Positions 13,904 to 36,300 of a stretch of 64,000 nt of DNA are shown here, piece by piece. Source of the DNA: Balanoglossus misakiensis. Its lineage: Eukaryota > Animalia > Hemichordata. Within the stretch, counting starts at the first letter, position 1; each line of letters starts with the position of its first letter. Where the stretch lies: NCBI GenBank assembly GCA_040954595.2, contig CM082580.2, positions 7,170,390 through 7,234,389 of the forward strand, given 5' to 3'. The notes below the pieces were generated by a model. That model did not search any database. It was not told the origin of the DNA and saw nothing but the letters and a program-made list of their open reading frames with translations. The position numbers and the translations under genes were made by a program.

Positions 13904-15784
13904 CTTTCTTTATCAGCTCAAGAAAATCTGCAAAAGAGCAAGATTGAACTTTGCATGACAGTGCCAATTCTCAGGAATATTCGTCATTACGCACTATAAG
14001 CTTCTAGTCGACCATCTAACGTATTCCTTCTGGACTCTTACAGATGGAATCTTACTATCTGCGCTGGGTAGCCGCTCCCTCAGCAGCTGTTGCAATCCTA
14101 TAATATAAAACCCTCTACATTGTCAACACTTTCATTCGAAGGACGCCTAAAAACTCACAGCTTTCACAGTACATTTTGAGTCCCCTTATTATTCCAACAG
14201 AGCATTGTGAGACGTTGGATTTTTGCCGCTATACGAGTCGATGCGTAAGATAGAAAGATAGAACGATAGCTAGGACAAAAGGCATAAAACAAAACAACTT
14301 CACGATAAGCGGTTCTGAATAGCGCAACACCCACCTGTGCATACGATATCAGCCACGTCCACAGACTAAGTTAACTGGGACACAATGACCCTATAAATAC
14401 TAGTTTGGACTGTGCACACACATGTTGGTAAGAGAAAAAGTAGTCCCAATAATATATTCACGGAGTTTCAGCCAACAGGTTTGAAACACTCTGGCCGTAT
14501 AATTATTCCCCTGGAAGACACGCACCAGTGGTGAGGGAAACCAGGATGTTTGGTACATTAGCAGCAAGGCAAATGCATGGCGACGAGAAAAAGTAGTTCC
14601 GACAGGTGTTTTTGCAGTCAGCATCAGACGAAAGAAAATACACCTGCCTTCTAATATGTTAAACATTCTGCGACTAAGTTTGTAAAATCCTTTCTGTATG
14701 CGCCTCGAAAATCTTTGGATACTATGATTGAGTTTAAGGTAAACATACTAACATACTTTAATAATACTATAGCAAAGAATTGAAAGATTTGGAAGACTGT
14801 CATTTTGTCGGAAAATATGTCCCCGAGGAGTCGAAGGCTCCCACACAATCCTTGAAGATGACAAAATCTCGCAACATTATTTGAGCTTTGCCTGCTCAGA
14901 TTTATGGAAAATGGCATATTCATTACCTGAAAATCTTTTGGTTAGATATGATAAAACAATCTTATTTTCAGTGTTGTTAAGTCTGTTTGATGGCCTTGCT
15001 CTTGACACACGGAAAGGTCAACGAAAAACATTTTCTGGTTGAAACGGGAAACTTAACAACCGTGACGTTCCCATATCGTATCCTCCAATTTGTAAAACGC
15101 AGAGACATCTAACACAAAACTCGTTAACAGTAAAACAGCTAGCTAGCCAAGAATACAACAACACGGTGGATGAGGAACGCAGAATCAGAAAACAATAAAA
15201 CTACCCGGATCCGTATCTCTCATAAACCATACAAGACAAAAAAAAGTCCATCACAAAACCCGCAAATATGAAGCAGTACCAAAATTAGCCGCTTAAATCC
15301 CAGTTTTATGAGTTTTATTTCCAGGATATAACTGGGACGCTTTCTATTTCTTTCTGACAAACCAGCATATCCCAAAATAGAATGGTCCATGCACCATTCT
15401 TTCGTTCGAACTACACTGATTTTCTGCAGACAATCGCAGCTCGAAACATTCCTTCCCCGACTTATGAAATAAACGTAGTCCCACAATCCTGTTTGCCGTC
15501 TTTAATTCCAGTTTGGTAATAATTACTAATAACATGATATAAACAGCTATTAATACTAAGTCTTGTTTAATTTATTCGTTCGTAATTGCCCCCCCCCCCC
15601 TCAAAAAAACATGTTGTGAAGTTACAACAGAGTAAGCCACCAATAAAATGATCACAATAGAATCGTGAAACGATATATTCTTCCGCTTTATTTTCTGATT
15701 CTTGGCGGCGTGTGTAGTACGTCACGACCGTGCACCGACGCGTAAATTTGGCCCGAGTCACCAACTGGCTGAAAAATTGATTTC

Positions 15785-24693
<8,909 letters not shown>

Positions 24694-25523
24694 TTTTACT
24701 TCAACAACGATGGGTCTCTGATAGCGACCGCACAGAGGAGACTTCAAACATGAAATCGTCGAAGATGATGCACGTGCCAGGTCGCGTGTATATTTGCACA
24801 AGATAGTGTCCAAAACGAGGCTTTTAACCCGAAATCTTGTCTCTCACCTGTCACACGCAATAGTCTCTCAAAACAAATAACACGGTTTCTGGTACGGTGG
24901 AATGACCGCACGTTTTTGATAAGGGTCTGGACAGAATCAAGGGTCGATTTTTCAGTCATCGAATGTTATTCTTTATTCTTTGATGTTCAAAAACAGTTAT
25001 TATTGATGTTGACAGACGAATTTAAGTCCGGACTTGCAATTCAATTTTGAACGATTGTTGCGCTGGCCGTGTACACGTTTGTCTTGATGAATTAGACGTT
25101 TCACATCACAACGTCTTAGAGATCAAAATGAAGTAAAACGACCAATGCACTTGGTACGCAAAGCAAAATATATTGACTCTCATCGCGGTCCGTGCATGAA
25201 ATGCAGTGATCTTTCCTGAGTCTCCGAGCATATCCAGTATTTCGGTTCATATATCGCGTGTAGGCCTAAGAGTACCTCCATGCTCGGACCTGTACGGAAC
25301 CTACGTATTGCACATGTAGGAATTCCAATCGTGTACAGGTTTTCCAATGTCCCCCCCCCCCCCGCGTTTTTCTTTGGTCGCTTGCTTTTCCTACTTGCGA
25401 AGTTTTCCCTGTTGTTCCCTCTACTGTCTATCTATGGGTACATGTACAAGCATATTATACTTGCAAATATTGTTACGTAATACTATCCGCATGACAAACT
25501 GGTACCGCCACAGAGCGACAAAC

Positions 25524-27571
25524 ATGGTGCGAGCTTGGTATCACGATGGTTCGGACGCTGATCAGCGACTGGAACACAGGTCTGACAATTCTCCGTTGGT
25601 TGGCTTTGACTATTTAAAGGAACAGGGCGTCCTGTATTGGCAAGTAAGCATTTGCTAGCCTGTCAGATAGTGAAATTTTGGCAACCTCCATGATTCAATT
25701 AAGGCGTGAACATTAAGGAATATCACATTGGATTTAGCGCAAAGTTTACGTTATGGGTTATAGCTTTCTCTGTCTTCATGCAGTTCTTTGAACTCAAGGA
25801 GCCAGGATTTAATAGAGAATGATATTGTAAGTTTGTTCCAGATACAAATATTTAACGTGTAGGATGCATGCGTGGCTAGCAGTGGAAACGCAGCTGTTCC
25901 GCCAGGGGGGGTTAATTAGCATACCCACCCCCTCTGGCGGAACAGCTGCGTTTCCACAGCTAACGCGTACGCACGGCAAGCCAGTTGAATTGCGTTCTTT
26001 CACTTAACTGTTTGTGATCTGGTTTCTGTGGAAAGGGAAAGAAATCTGCAGGGCACACATGGAATGTCTTTGTGCATCTGACACGCATGTTTATATCACT
26101 CAATCATCAACTGGCATTTTGCTTGAAAAGTTTGTCATATATCAATGTAGCTCTGGACTTATGCGCTGTTTGGGTCTACGCTGCTCTCCGTCCCCCACAG
26201 AGCAGCGTAGACCCAAACAGCGCATAAAACCAGAGCTAATATCAATGAAACTACGTACATGTACATAACTAAACGCCTGATTGTTGCGCAGTTGGATCTA
26301 CTTGCAAGGAAGAAATTATCTGACTTAACCCTTTATCACCGCCATGGTTCAGTCCAAACCCATTGTTTCCAGTGGTTAAGTTGGACCTCTAACGAGGGAA
26401 GTGGGGTGAAAGGGTAATAAATTGATTCCTCCAATTTGGTCAGCACATCAGGCAACTTGATGATTAATTCATGTCGACCATGCTTCACAGTTAGATGCAG
26501 ACAATTACGAAGAAGAGGGAGTGTTAAGTCGCATTTGTAAAGAGCGTGGTTATGATTACGAAGATGTCATCACCTGCACTCCATCGACATTGCCCAACTA
26601 TGAGGAGAAGGTAAGTCACCATCGAGTTCTACCTTGGATTTGCTGGCCTCGTAACAAGAGGGCGCCCGGGTTTGAGGTACAGAGCGCCCTCATACGACTG
26701 TACCTCCACAGTCTAATAAAAAGTGAAATAAGTTAATTTAGAAAAAATCTGTCTGATGACATGTAAGTTTTACTTTTTTTGAAAAAAGAGAAACTTGAGC
26801 AATAAATTCTATATTCATAAGTTGTGTGTTGGCGATTGCAGGAATGAATCAATGTTGAAAACTATTTTGATTCTGGTTTTTCACCAGCTGAAAATCTTCT
26901 TTGAAGAACATCTCCACGATGATGAAGAAATCCGCTTCATTCTGGATGGCAGTGGCTATTTTGACATCCGGGACAAGAGCGACAAGTGGATACGCATCGA
27001 GGTAGTCAAGGGTGATTTGGTTGTCTTGCCAGCTGGTATCTACCATCGTTTTACCCTGGACTCCAAGGTAAGTTAGTACTATCTGGATACGCCAAGGCAA
27101 AACCTCACCCTCTATTGGCCATTTTTTTTGTTCCAATATACCCCTCATTGATATTCCCCCAAACCTTCAACTCTTTGATATATTAAAGTGGGTAGGGAGT
27201 CATTTTGAGGACAATGAAGACAACACAGTGCTCTCCATCTTGGTTTATAAAAATCGCTAATTTAAATTTTCTTCATAGAATTAACATGCATTATAGAGAT
27301 TGGCGGCCATTTTGAATTTCAATTTTGAGACAGTTGGCCACTTGTACGGTGACTCCCAATAGACACCTTAACCTTTCAGAAATGAACCTCTAAAGTGCTT
27401 CACAATTATACCCAAACTGATGTGAACATTTCACCATTGCAATTGCAGGATTACATCAAGGCTAAACGTTTGTTCATCGGACAACCAGTGTGGACTCCTT
27501 TCAATCGACCAGCCGATGACCATCCTGCCAGAAAAATTTACGTGGAGAAATTTCTCGCCGCCAATGAATAA
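25524..27571 (+). CDS. ADI1: Acireductone dioxygenase (methionine salvage), 180 aa
   Basis: Exons 25524-25643, 26491-26610, 26888-27067, 27449-27571, all phase 0. Motifs [43 protein letters not shown]. Confidence 0.97.
25877..25962. mobile_element. TAG...CTA foldback mini-element in ADI1 intron 1
   Basis: tagcagtggaaacgcagctgttccgccag...ctggcggaacagctgcgtttccacagcta, a near-perfect ~34-bp stem. Confidence 0.65.
26148..26238. mobile_element. TAG...CTA foldback mini-element in ADI1 intron 1
   Basis: tagctctggacttatgcgctgtttgggtctacgctgctct / agagcagcgtagacccaaacagcgcataaaaccagagcta, a ~40-bp stem with a short loop. Confidence 0.65.
26325..26417. mobile_element. ~90-bp TTAA-flanked MITE (piggyBac-like termini CCCTTT), copy 1
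   Basis: ttaaccctttatcacc...ggggtgaaagggtaa; internal sequence similar to the copies at 27904, 39231, 53321 and 57856. Confidence 0.75.
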
Positions 27572-27903
27572 TGTCATGGAGACAAGAAATTCGATGGCAA
27601 TGATCCGATGTGATACAAATGTAGATTAGTTTGGGTGCCATTTTGCCAAGTATAATCGGTGTAACAATTGAAAAAAAAAAGTTGTGCATGTATTACTTTA
27701 GCAGATGCACGCCTATAAGAGTATGTAACCTTAAAAGTATAGTCAGCATATTATGTCTAATTTGGGTGTTGTATATTGAAATAACAGTCATCAGTAAGGA
27801 TGGGTATAGTGCCACATGTAATCATGGTGACTGACTAGAGGAAAAACTTTGATTTTCTGATCATTTTGAACTTGAACTTACGGTTCATTTGTTTTCATTT
27901 GTT

Positions 27904-27989
27904 TTAACCCTTTCACACCCTCTATAGAGGTCCAACTTCACCATAGAGAACAACGGAATTGGACCCAACTGTGGTGGTGAAAGAGTTAA
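27904..27989. mobile_element. ~90-bp TTAA-flanked MITE, copy 2 (downstream of ADI1 stop)
   Basis: ttaaccctttcacacc...ggtggtgaaagagttaa, opposite orientation to copy 1. Confidence 0.75.
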
Positions 27990-30357
27990 GATTTCTTTTC
28001 AGTTTTGTAAAATATTCTTACATGCAAATGGCTGAAGTTGATAAAGATTTCAATGGATCGCAAAGGCTTACCACCATATAAACACCCAATGTCAATAAGA
28101 ACTAATGCAAAAACTTGAAAATTAAATGAGAGTACAGTACTTGTATTTCATTTTCCTTACGTGTTTTGATCTGAGACCCTTTAACTGGTATGCGACTTTA
28201 ACTTATTGGTTTCACTCTTTGGATTTTCGTTGCAAAGAGAAATAAAAATGCTGCAATTCTCAGGGAATATTGTGTTGAATTGTCTATGTTAAATTTCCCT
28301 TGGGATGGATAGACAGACATTGTCACTAATATTAAAACACAACACTGTTACACACACTTCACATACAATTGTACACAGACTGGAAATCACTATGTTTGAC
28401 TGAAATGTGATTTACTGTGTTACAAATAGAAATGTAGTCTTCTCATATCATGCGTTCATGTACAAAGGGTGAAAGTACAAATGTGCCCAAACATGACAAA
28501 AAACAACAGAACAATATAAATATTGACATACTGGACTTGAGATTTTTCATGAATTGGCTGTACGGAATTTGAGAGAAGTATTTTCCCCCCAAAAAAACAC
28601 ATGAAACACCAAATGTCTGTTCATTGTTAAACAAAACTGCATGGTGAAATTAGGTGATTTTTCTGATCAATATCAGTAAGTATCGGAACATTATGAAACA
28701 AAAATAAGTAAGTCTGTAGCCACAAAAATATCCAGAATGAATCTTGGACACTAAAATTAAGTGGTACATGAATAAATATAAATTAATCTTTTTGTTTACT
28801 GTACAGTACCAATTTACAAATACCTATGACCACTTCAGATGCTGGCTGTGATATAGAACAAGATGTACCAGGGTTTGGAGTTCAATTCATAATAATCACA
28901 CCCACCCCACCCTCCAGGTTGGAAGGAACAGAATGCTGGATCATATGAGTGAATCTTTCCATCTACCCCCCACCCCATCACCATCTCCCCAGGGTGGGAC
29001 AATATATGCGCAAACTCAAATGTAAGTAAATAACAGATTGAAAGATTTGAAACTTGTGGGATTCAGCTGCAAAAAAATATCAAAATTGTAAGATGTACAT
29101 AAACAAAGCTTCTGAAGTACAAAATAAAATTCAACAATAACTTTTCATGTCGTATCTATAGCATCTGATGTTTTTCCAATTCGCCTGTTCATCACGAATT
29201 TTAACAATCTTGCTGTATCTCAATTTTGCTGTGGTTTTGTTTACTTGTATACTGACGTGGTGGACAAGTGCTCTCTGGCCGTGAAATTCAAACGTCAAAT
29301 ATGCACATTTATGCATAATACGGCATATGCAAATCTGTGATAATGATCCAAAAACTATGTAAATGTAGCATTGTGTACTGATAATAAACCACAGCCAAGC
29401 GAGACGTTTGATTTCTATGCTTTCTAAGTACAAACGTGGATGGCAGCATTGCGTTATAACGTAATAGGGTGTAAGTAATGAGATGATCAAATCAAAGGAA
29501 TGCATCATCTGTACATGGTTAAATGACCTTGTGGTGGCGCACTTTTTTCGTGTGGCCAGCCAAGTGAAAATCTGTGACTGGCCAGATCTTAACTTTCCAT
29601 TGTAACTGTGGCCAAATTTGCATCTAGGTGGTTGTATATCTTTAAACAACGTGGATATGTGCGCTATATGAGAATGTTGTAAAAAAAAATATAGAAAATA
29701 GACACACTGATAGTGCCCTCTAAGAATGACTGACGTTCTGTTCCTTCAGAATCTGTCGATCTCGGGAACAACTGGCCGAATATACCGTGATTGCTCCGAA
29801 AACTGACTTGAATTTGGGATTTACGTGTAAATGTGTTATCTGAAGGTTCCGTTTGGAATGTCTGATCTGAGTTGTGTGTGTAAGACACAGTGTAGTGGAA
29901 GAGACTTAATGAATGAATGAATTAAATATTGTTGGTGAACTTACAATTCCAAGTCTCGTCTTTAGGAAATACTGGCAATGTGTACTCTTTGGTATTATGA
30001 TAAAAATATCCAACATCCACCAATGGAGAAAGTGTATCCTACATACATGTATCATTTTTAAAGAAGTACAAAATACATGTTACAAAAATATCTCGAGTGA
30101 GGTGTATATGTGTGACTAATTTTGAAAAAAAAACCTTATAACCTTGGACTAGATAGATATTGCTACAGTTTTATCAAGGTTTCTAGCACACGGTCATCAC
30201 TAAACTTCTCTTTTCAGAAGCTAACACAGTTGGATTTCAGCCTATGTACCACAGCTGAATGTGGGATTCTGGTCAAAGGTCACGACATGACCAAGCTATC
30301 CGTGCTGATTGGCTGACACTGGCCAATCACGACACTTGTTGCAAGGAGAAGCATCTT

Positions 30358-33300
30358 CTAACCATGTCTTTCTGCCATTAGCTTTTGGATCTGTTGAGAT
30401 GTTGGTTTACCTGAAAGAAAAGGTAACACTTGGATTTTCAGATGAGAAAAAAGCCAAATGGGGTGATTTGCACCATTTCAGTAGTAGTTTAACCCCTGAA
30501 TAGCTAATTTGTTGATGTGGAAAAATAATATTTAATTTACATGTCATTTGATGTCGTGAATCGATTTTAGTGGATATTATCTGTAATTTTGACATAATTT
30601 AATTTTTTCACACTACCTGTCATAATGTCACATCTCCAAACATCCATTGGCATAGTATACTGATCTAAGATGTTGGTATCTTGTTCCTTGCCCCCAAGAA
30701 GATAAAACATGCTGACTTCGTGGTTGAAATCCTGCAGATGAAAAAAAAATCAAAATTTCAAACATTGCAATATCAAAAGCGGCAACTGTTACGCTACAAT
30801 TGATGTTCGCATTCTTGTATACTCTGCGTAGTTTGCAAAAAAATTATCGTTTGCGAGAATTTCCCGTTTTACAGTAGTTCATTCGTATACTTACTGTCTC
30901 CGTTGTTTCGCCATCTTTTTCATCCTCTTTTTTAGCCACGATGAAGTGATCAGTTCTTCGCATGCTCCTTCTCTCTTGGGCGTTCTGGATGGTGTCTGAT
31001 GAGATCGGAACGTGGGATAAAGTTCTCGATCTGCCGTGTAACTTTGGTCTGGCAGGCTCACCACTTGACGCAGCATTGTGGCTGTACTTCATTACGTCTT
31101 CTGTCCTGACACTCGGTTGGTTGTTCGGAGTGTCGACTAGAGAGCCTGCGTCGGATTGGACGGAATTCTCTGAGAGCCCATCTGTCCACGAATTCAAGTG
31201 GCTGGTTCCAGCCGTCTGGTTGGGCCCGATGCGCAACCGATCAGCCGACAAAATTAACCCTGCTGGTTCGGAATCACTCGTCAGAAGTCTTATCCTATCA
31301 GAGACGTCGACTTTGTCGGATTCGTCGATTTCCGTGACGTTGGGAACGATCGCGTCGCCGAACTCCTGCTTGTCACCGTCCTCCTTGACGAGTCCGGGTA
31401 GTGGAATGTTTTCTGGTTTGGGCGATCTCTTCGTGAAAGACCGATGCTTTGTCTGATATGTGCAATCTCCGGTCGGCACGTCTGTCCTCAAGAGCGCTGC
31501 AACTGCGATATTGCACTGTGTCAGGTCCCCACCAACGGTGGAAACTGCGTCCGACGAAGTCCTCGAAAATAGCTCTGTCGATTTGGCACAAGAAACTGAT
31601 GAGCTTGACCGCTTGGTCGCGTCATCAAATTGCACGGGGTTCGCGTCATGCGAAGGCTGCTCCAGATCGATCAGCATGGTTTTATCGTCGACCGCATCCG
31701 ACGGAGCGTTCATGCTGCTGTTCACGCTCTCGCCGTCTGCTGTGGCGTCCCGTCGCAGCGCGCAGTTTGATCCTCGGTCGTCAACGAACGACGCATTCTG
31801 GTATCCCTCGTCCGATTCCAGGTGGATCTGATCGTGGGGCGAAACGGCCGGGTGCACTCTCGTCTTGAAGTGGTGAACATCTTGACACTGAAACGCGGGA
31901 GGCGAGGAGTACGGCCTCTGCAGCGTCTCCACGCTCTCTTCCACTATGGCCGCCATGGACGGTTTGTTGCGATTCCTCAAGTTGGGCACCGAATGCGCCC
32001 GGGGCGACTTTGGCGACCGACAGACCTGGGTAGCCACGGCAACAGCGACGTGCCTCGTCCGGGGCGTTGGCGAGATGTGGTTGTGGCAGACAATCTTCTG
32101 CCACGTGTGAGTGTCTGGGATTGATATAACAAGTTTTAAGATTACAGCATTATATATAATGGCTAGATGGTCGAATACACACAACACCTTCTGTAGCAGA
32201 GCTGGGTTGAAAGTGTTTGGAGATAAGTGGACATTGCAATACAGTGTGTAATAAATGCTATTGCCTTGTTATTGTACATGGGGGTACAGTAACTATACCG
32301 GTGTATAAACAGTTGACCTAGTCTATATTACGAAGACTGCCTGTTTTGGGAAATACTCACCGAAGTAAAACTTCCACAGATCGTGTCTGACATTGCCGTC
32401 AGAGTCCTCGCCACCGAAAATCAACATGGCATCGGTTACCTTGACAACAGAATGGCCGTGCAGGTCACCGGGACCCTGGCGATAGCGGATGCGGCTCCAC
32501 TTTCTGGTTTCTGTAGGTAATAAAATGGAACAGAGTGATCAGTATAAATATCACACTGCCTTTGGGCAGCATTTGGCACTGAAAGCCTGAAATGTCTGTG
32601 CCGATAGCGCAGGAGAAATGCCCCAGGACATGTACTTACCGAAGCTCCATTTCCAAATGTCTCCCTTCGCGGTGAGATTGGCCAGTCCCCCGTGGATCCA
32701 CATCGCATTGTCGTGCACCATGGCAACGTGACAATGCCTGGCCGACGGCAGGTTGTCGACTTGGCAACTGTAGTTCAGGTGCCAGGCGTTACTCTCTACC
32801 ATACCGAAATCAAAAATGAAACAAAAAGAAATTGACATCAAAGGATATTCTCGCCATTCTGTCAAGTACTCTCTTGATTAAAACTGTCATGCCTTCCGGG
32901 GAATTTTGTCAAATGTAAAGAACATACCACAAAGCATGAAATGGAACATTGTGAATAGACATACACGCATTTACATTATTTATTTGACAGAATATCAATA
33001 AAACATGAATTCTGTATTCTAGAAGAAGCTAAATTTTCAGCATATAGGGACAGTTCTACAATACGATGTGGGAGTAAAAATTTCAATATTTTCAGGGAGA
33101 ACTGTCTAAAATATATGACTAAATACTAAAACAGAGATAGAAGGTAGGCTGTTCTATTGGCTACATCACTAAACCTAAATACTGGTATCTGATTTTCACA
33201 TGAGTACAGCGCCCCAGTCATTCATGGTACAATTTTTTATCAACCTATATCACCGTTTCCCTTTAGTTACTTCATGAGTGTTCCTTGAAGATAGGAATTT

Positions 33301-36300
33301 GAAGCTTAACTACTAAAAGAGTCTTGGAGACGAAGCAAGACATCAAGAAAGAGGAAACAAGTGGAGAGAAAAACAACACCGACATGGCAGGCGTCTCACC
33401 GAAATCATAACTCCAGAACTCGTTGGTCGATCCCTTCAGATCCACGTAACCGCCGTAGATGTGCATGGCACCGTTGTGAACCACCGCTGAGTGACCACGA
33501 CGACTGCTCGGCATCCGAACCTCAGAATCCACCGAGTGTTTCCTCCAGTGTTTCTTCTCCACGTCGAAGATCCACAGAGGCGTCTCGTCGCAGCTTCCAA
33601 AGCCAAACTCGCCACCGAAAATGTAAATGTCATCCTGTGAATAATGGAATGGAAGAAAAATAGATTAATCTCTTCATCGTACACACACTGCCAGAAACAA
33701 CTATTCAGTTATTCTGACTGGTTACTGGATTTTGTTTCACCTCGCGTGACATAACTACACACGATTTCTTGAAAGCAACAGAAAAGTTATCTACGAAAAT
33801 AGCAAATTTTATTTGAATCAATATTAACATAGATTTAGCAATATATGCAATACATGTACATGCAGAAAATGATACTGAACCATGAATTTGGTTATTATGC
33901 TCATAAAAACAACAGGATGTGAGATGCACCTGAATTGCATTTTTTTCATCCATGGAAGGAAGCAAATATGTGAAGATAACACAACCTATAGAAACTCATT
34001 TGTCAATTGAATGCTGAAAATGTTATCATTTATGGAACCAGATACTGTGATTGTCACTGAAGATATTAGGGTAATGGAAAATGCAGCACTTTTACCATAC
34101 ATGGAAGCATGCTCTACAAACACTACCTTATAAGGACATGCCCACCATATATGGCAGCGTTAGACGACTACGTAATTCTCACCTTATATGGCACCATTGA
34201 ATGTTCCTGCAACGCTGGGGGCACGTCCCCGCAGCATTTCAACAACGTCCACACGCTGCTGTTGATATCGAACTTCCACAAATCCTTCAAGGTCGTGTTG
34301 ACATCTCTGCCTCCGTACAGGTACAAGTGAGAACCGTGCAGGCAGGCGGCATGCTTACTGCGCATGGAGGGGTTCCTCACTCTCTCCGGGAAAGTGTTGG
34401 TCCAGATGTAGGTCTGGACCGTCGGCGACGTGGGACTCAGCTTTTCAGCTCCTTTGTTGGTCAGCACTGTGGACTTTGTCTGTTGATGAAAATGAAAAGA
34501 TTAGATTTCTCAAGAAATATGTCTGAACCATAAGGTGCAATGCTAAGCAGATGAATTCCTTGTGCAAACTACATGTATTCGACCTCATTCCCCTGGAACC
34601 CACTGAGAATACAGTTTTCACAGATATTGCGGTAACAAAGTTGGCACAGACAAGATCCAGTGATACAATATGTGTGTCTTGAAAATATCAAATTTGTCTG
34701 TAGAAAAAAAAAGAAAAAAAAAAGTAGAGGCCACTGAGTTCTGCAAATCTTGTCTCTATTATGTGATACGTATGAAAAAAACACATTCACACAACAACAG
34801 AACTGGGATATAACATTTAGATGTGTTGTGCATAGAACACATACACGTATGGTTAACAGTGGAAAATGACACAACGTGACAGCTAGGTTGCAATGAATTG
34901 CACAAACACAAAACAACGATTCCAATCCTTCTCTTGCTGAAATGTCGCATACAAATGCCATTGAACCCGTAGGTTCATACAAACACCAAAATACTAGTAC
35001 CCTGTACATTGTAATAGTGCTAGTTCACCAGGAGAAGGATATTGCATATCAAAGCTTGTCTACTAAGTTCTATACTTACACAGAGTAAGGAAACTCTCTC
35101 TACATACGTATTAACAGTGCAAAGAATGAAAACACACTACCCAATGCTTGGCTCTCAGGGTACCACTTTTACAGATATCTGAGGTAAGGGACTACTCAAA
35201 TTGTGCATGCAGTCATTTTCCTAATTTTACAAGTCTTTTCACCAATTAAGCATGAAAATAAATATAAAACAGATGTTCCTGTCCAAGCTTTATTAGCTAC
35301 AGGGTCTAAAATATCAGCTCAAGCACTTTTCCTGCAAACCTTACAAAAATCATGCACTACTTCCATACAGTCCCCTACCTACTTTTATAGCAGATTGACA
35401 GATAATGGTACCATCTTTCTACAAGAGAGCTACAAATGACTCCCATGAAGCAGACACCACTACCATTTGAAAATAAATGAAACACACCCCAACACAACCC
35501 AAACAATATAGATAGTGAGATACACCATATATTGACACCAAGTTCAAATGCTGGCTGGCGCTTGTGAGTTAATTGTTTCGAGAGGATCAGTGGCGACAAA
35601 AGCTTTTAGACATTACAGGTGATCTTACCAATGTTAACTCTAACACAGAATCAGTGTCAACATCTTTAGAAGGAGATAGCTCTTCCTGTAAAGACAATGC
35701 ATTGTGGGATATACAGGAGAGTTTTAGTAATGATGCGTGTGTATTTTTACATGCGTTTGTAAATGTAAATTGGATTCAACTCTTTCGGATGCACGTCAAC
35801 ATGTACATGCATATAATGTATGTATGTATGTACATGTACAGTTACGTTGGACTTGGGACCCATTATAAGTACTCCACAAGAATTACCAAAACTTATGAGT
35901 ACATGGAAATACATACATGGAAATCTAATATCTCAGACATTAAATATTTCCTTTCGAAATATTGTATTGTACTAGCTATAAGGTATGTTGAGCACACTTC
36001 ACTGATGACACACACAACCTGAAGAAAATTTGAATCATGATGGACAAAAGTTGTGCTGGATTCTCACCTTTTTGTGACTTTTGATTTCATTGTACTTGAA
36101 CAGAGTGGACGGTATCTTGGAATTCTGTTCCACAAACTTCTGGAATCCTGATAAGTAGAGTTTGCCTTCCTAGTTATGTGAAACAAAAAATTACAAAATT
36201 AATGTTTCTGGGAAGAAAAATGTAGGTATATTACCAGTGTAAATACATAGAGAGTTTTGGTTGTTTTTTGTTTGAGTAATAAAGCTGTGCATTATTCAAC

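Noticed and set aside
30962-32124. Several overlapping plus-strand ORFs
   Set aside because: Shadow ORFs of the GC-rich large exon of the Kelch gene.
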